Source: an uncultured Planctomycetota bacterium (GTDB lineage: Bacteria > Planctomycetota > Planctomycetia > Pirellulales > Lacipirellulaceae). From it: a stretch of DNA of 64,000 nt. Below are positions 63,136 through 64,000 of this stretch, in pieces (the stretch's first letter is position 1; each line of letters opens with the position of its first letter). Both the position numbers and the translations under genes were made by a program. Below the pieces are notes generated by a model, which saw only the letters and a list, made by a program, of their open reading frames with translations, was not told the DNA's origin and did no database searches. The DNA lies in the NCBI GenBank assembly GCA_963719315.1, contig CAVRBU010000002.1:448001-512000 (forward strand), written 5' to 3'.

Positions 63136-64000
63136 TTATTCTGTACCTGACAACTTTCTTTCCCCATCGGGTTGATACGGCGCGAAGCGAAAGACTAGAT
63201 CGTCGTTTGGTGCGACCGCTTTGAATTTGCCCGGATCCGCCGCGCCAACGTTCCATTCCCGCATCTCCCATGGGTCGATCCTATCAACTTTATAGGGGCG
63301 ATTGCCGGTTAATTCGATCGTGCAAGTCTTTCCGCCCGGGCAGTAGAGCAGATAGTATTCTCCCGGCCGGCCCAGGATAAAGCGCCCCTTGTCGTCGCCC
63401 AGCGGTTGGAGTTCGTCAAAGGCCGGGGCTTTGGCCATGAAATCCTTGAGCCACTGAATGCGCTTGGGACTCTCACCGTGCAGCACACCCCCCTTGGCCC
63501 ACCAGAGAATGTCCTCGGGATGCATGTAAGTCTCGCCGTGGCCGACATAGCAACCGCTCATGGTGCCCAGCCAGAATCGCTGCGTCATCTCGCGAGCGGT
63601 AAGGTGTCCCCAGCCTTGGCGAATGTTGCCTTCATATTTGCACTCGTCGTAAATGACCGGCTTCTGATAAAGAGCACGAAAACGCGCGCCGCCAGCCATA
63701 TCGGAAGATTGGATGCTCGCGTGGGTGACCCAGGATTTGGAGTGGTCATACCATTTCCTGCCATTGTGAATACCCCGCAAATGCTGGTACGGATCTTCTT
63801 TTTCCAAAATGGAGAAGAACCGGTCCCAATCCTCCCATTGCTTATTGCCCTTGTGGCCCGCACGCGGTTGGTCGGTCATGAAATCATATTCGTTGGCAAG
63901 CGACCACCAGACATTGCGGAAGGGCGCGAGGCGCGCGATACAATATCGCAGATAGCGGTCGTCCTGCTCGTCACTCATGCTGCCAAACCCCCAGCGATCG
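63136..64000 (-). CDS. DUF4038/DUF5605-like glycoside-hydrolase-fold protein, 5' truncated by the window edge
   Basis: NVWWSLANEYD, DPYQHLRGIHNG, KPVIYDECKYEG, YVGHGETY, IDPWEM. Confidence 0.75.
   Translation of the reverse strand, partial: DRWGFGSMSDEQDDRYLRYCIARLAPFRNVWWSLANEYDFMTDQPRAGHKGNKQWEDWDRFFSILEKEDPYQHLRGIHNGRKWYDHSKSWVTHASIQSSDMAGGARFRALYQKPVIYDECKYEGNIRQGWGHLTAREMTQRFWLGTMSGCYVGHGETYMHPEDILWWAKGGVLHGESPKRIQWLKDFMAKAPAFDELQPLGDDKGRFILGRPGEYYLLYCPGGKTCTIELTGNRPYKVDRIDPWEMREWNVGAADPGKFKAVAPNDDLVFRFAPYQPDGERKLSGTE

Overview
64-kb, GC-rich chromosomal segment of a planctomycete, most likely Pirellulales. This is inferred from PEP-CTERM/dockerin-like surface proteins, a DUF1570-like protein, a stand-alone RNAP alpha-CTD protein, a Cys-rich secreted protein and a murB-ftsQ-like pair with no ftsAZ beside it. 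Most of the window is housekeeping: pcrA/uvrD, msrB, hslUV, csrA, murB, trmL, sucCD, apbE, greA, dnaG-rpoD, htrA-like, aat, trpS, pyrD, HU/IHF and a cysteine desulfurase. One small accessory islet holds an AbrB/PIN toxin-antitoxin pair, an intact IS4-family element (18-bp TIRs, 9-bp target duplication) and a TIR-domain gene. No rRNA, tRNA or CRISPR array was recognised. About 12 apparent single-base frameshifts, one in trpS, point to consensus/assembly errors rather than real pseudogenes. Best novel candidates: (1) a duplicated ~160-nt structured 5' leader in front of two tandem RRM RNA-binding protein genes, with compensatory base changes and an anti-Shine-Dalgarno pairing, i.e. a candidate new cis-regulatory RNA; (2) intergenic repeat families that have inserted in-frame into sucD, apbE and aat; (3) a dense GTAG REP/REPIN family; (4) a membrane protein joining a Zn ribbon to a DNA-ligase-type OB fold. 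All product calls come from motif recognition by eye, not database searches.
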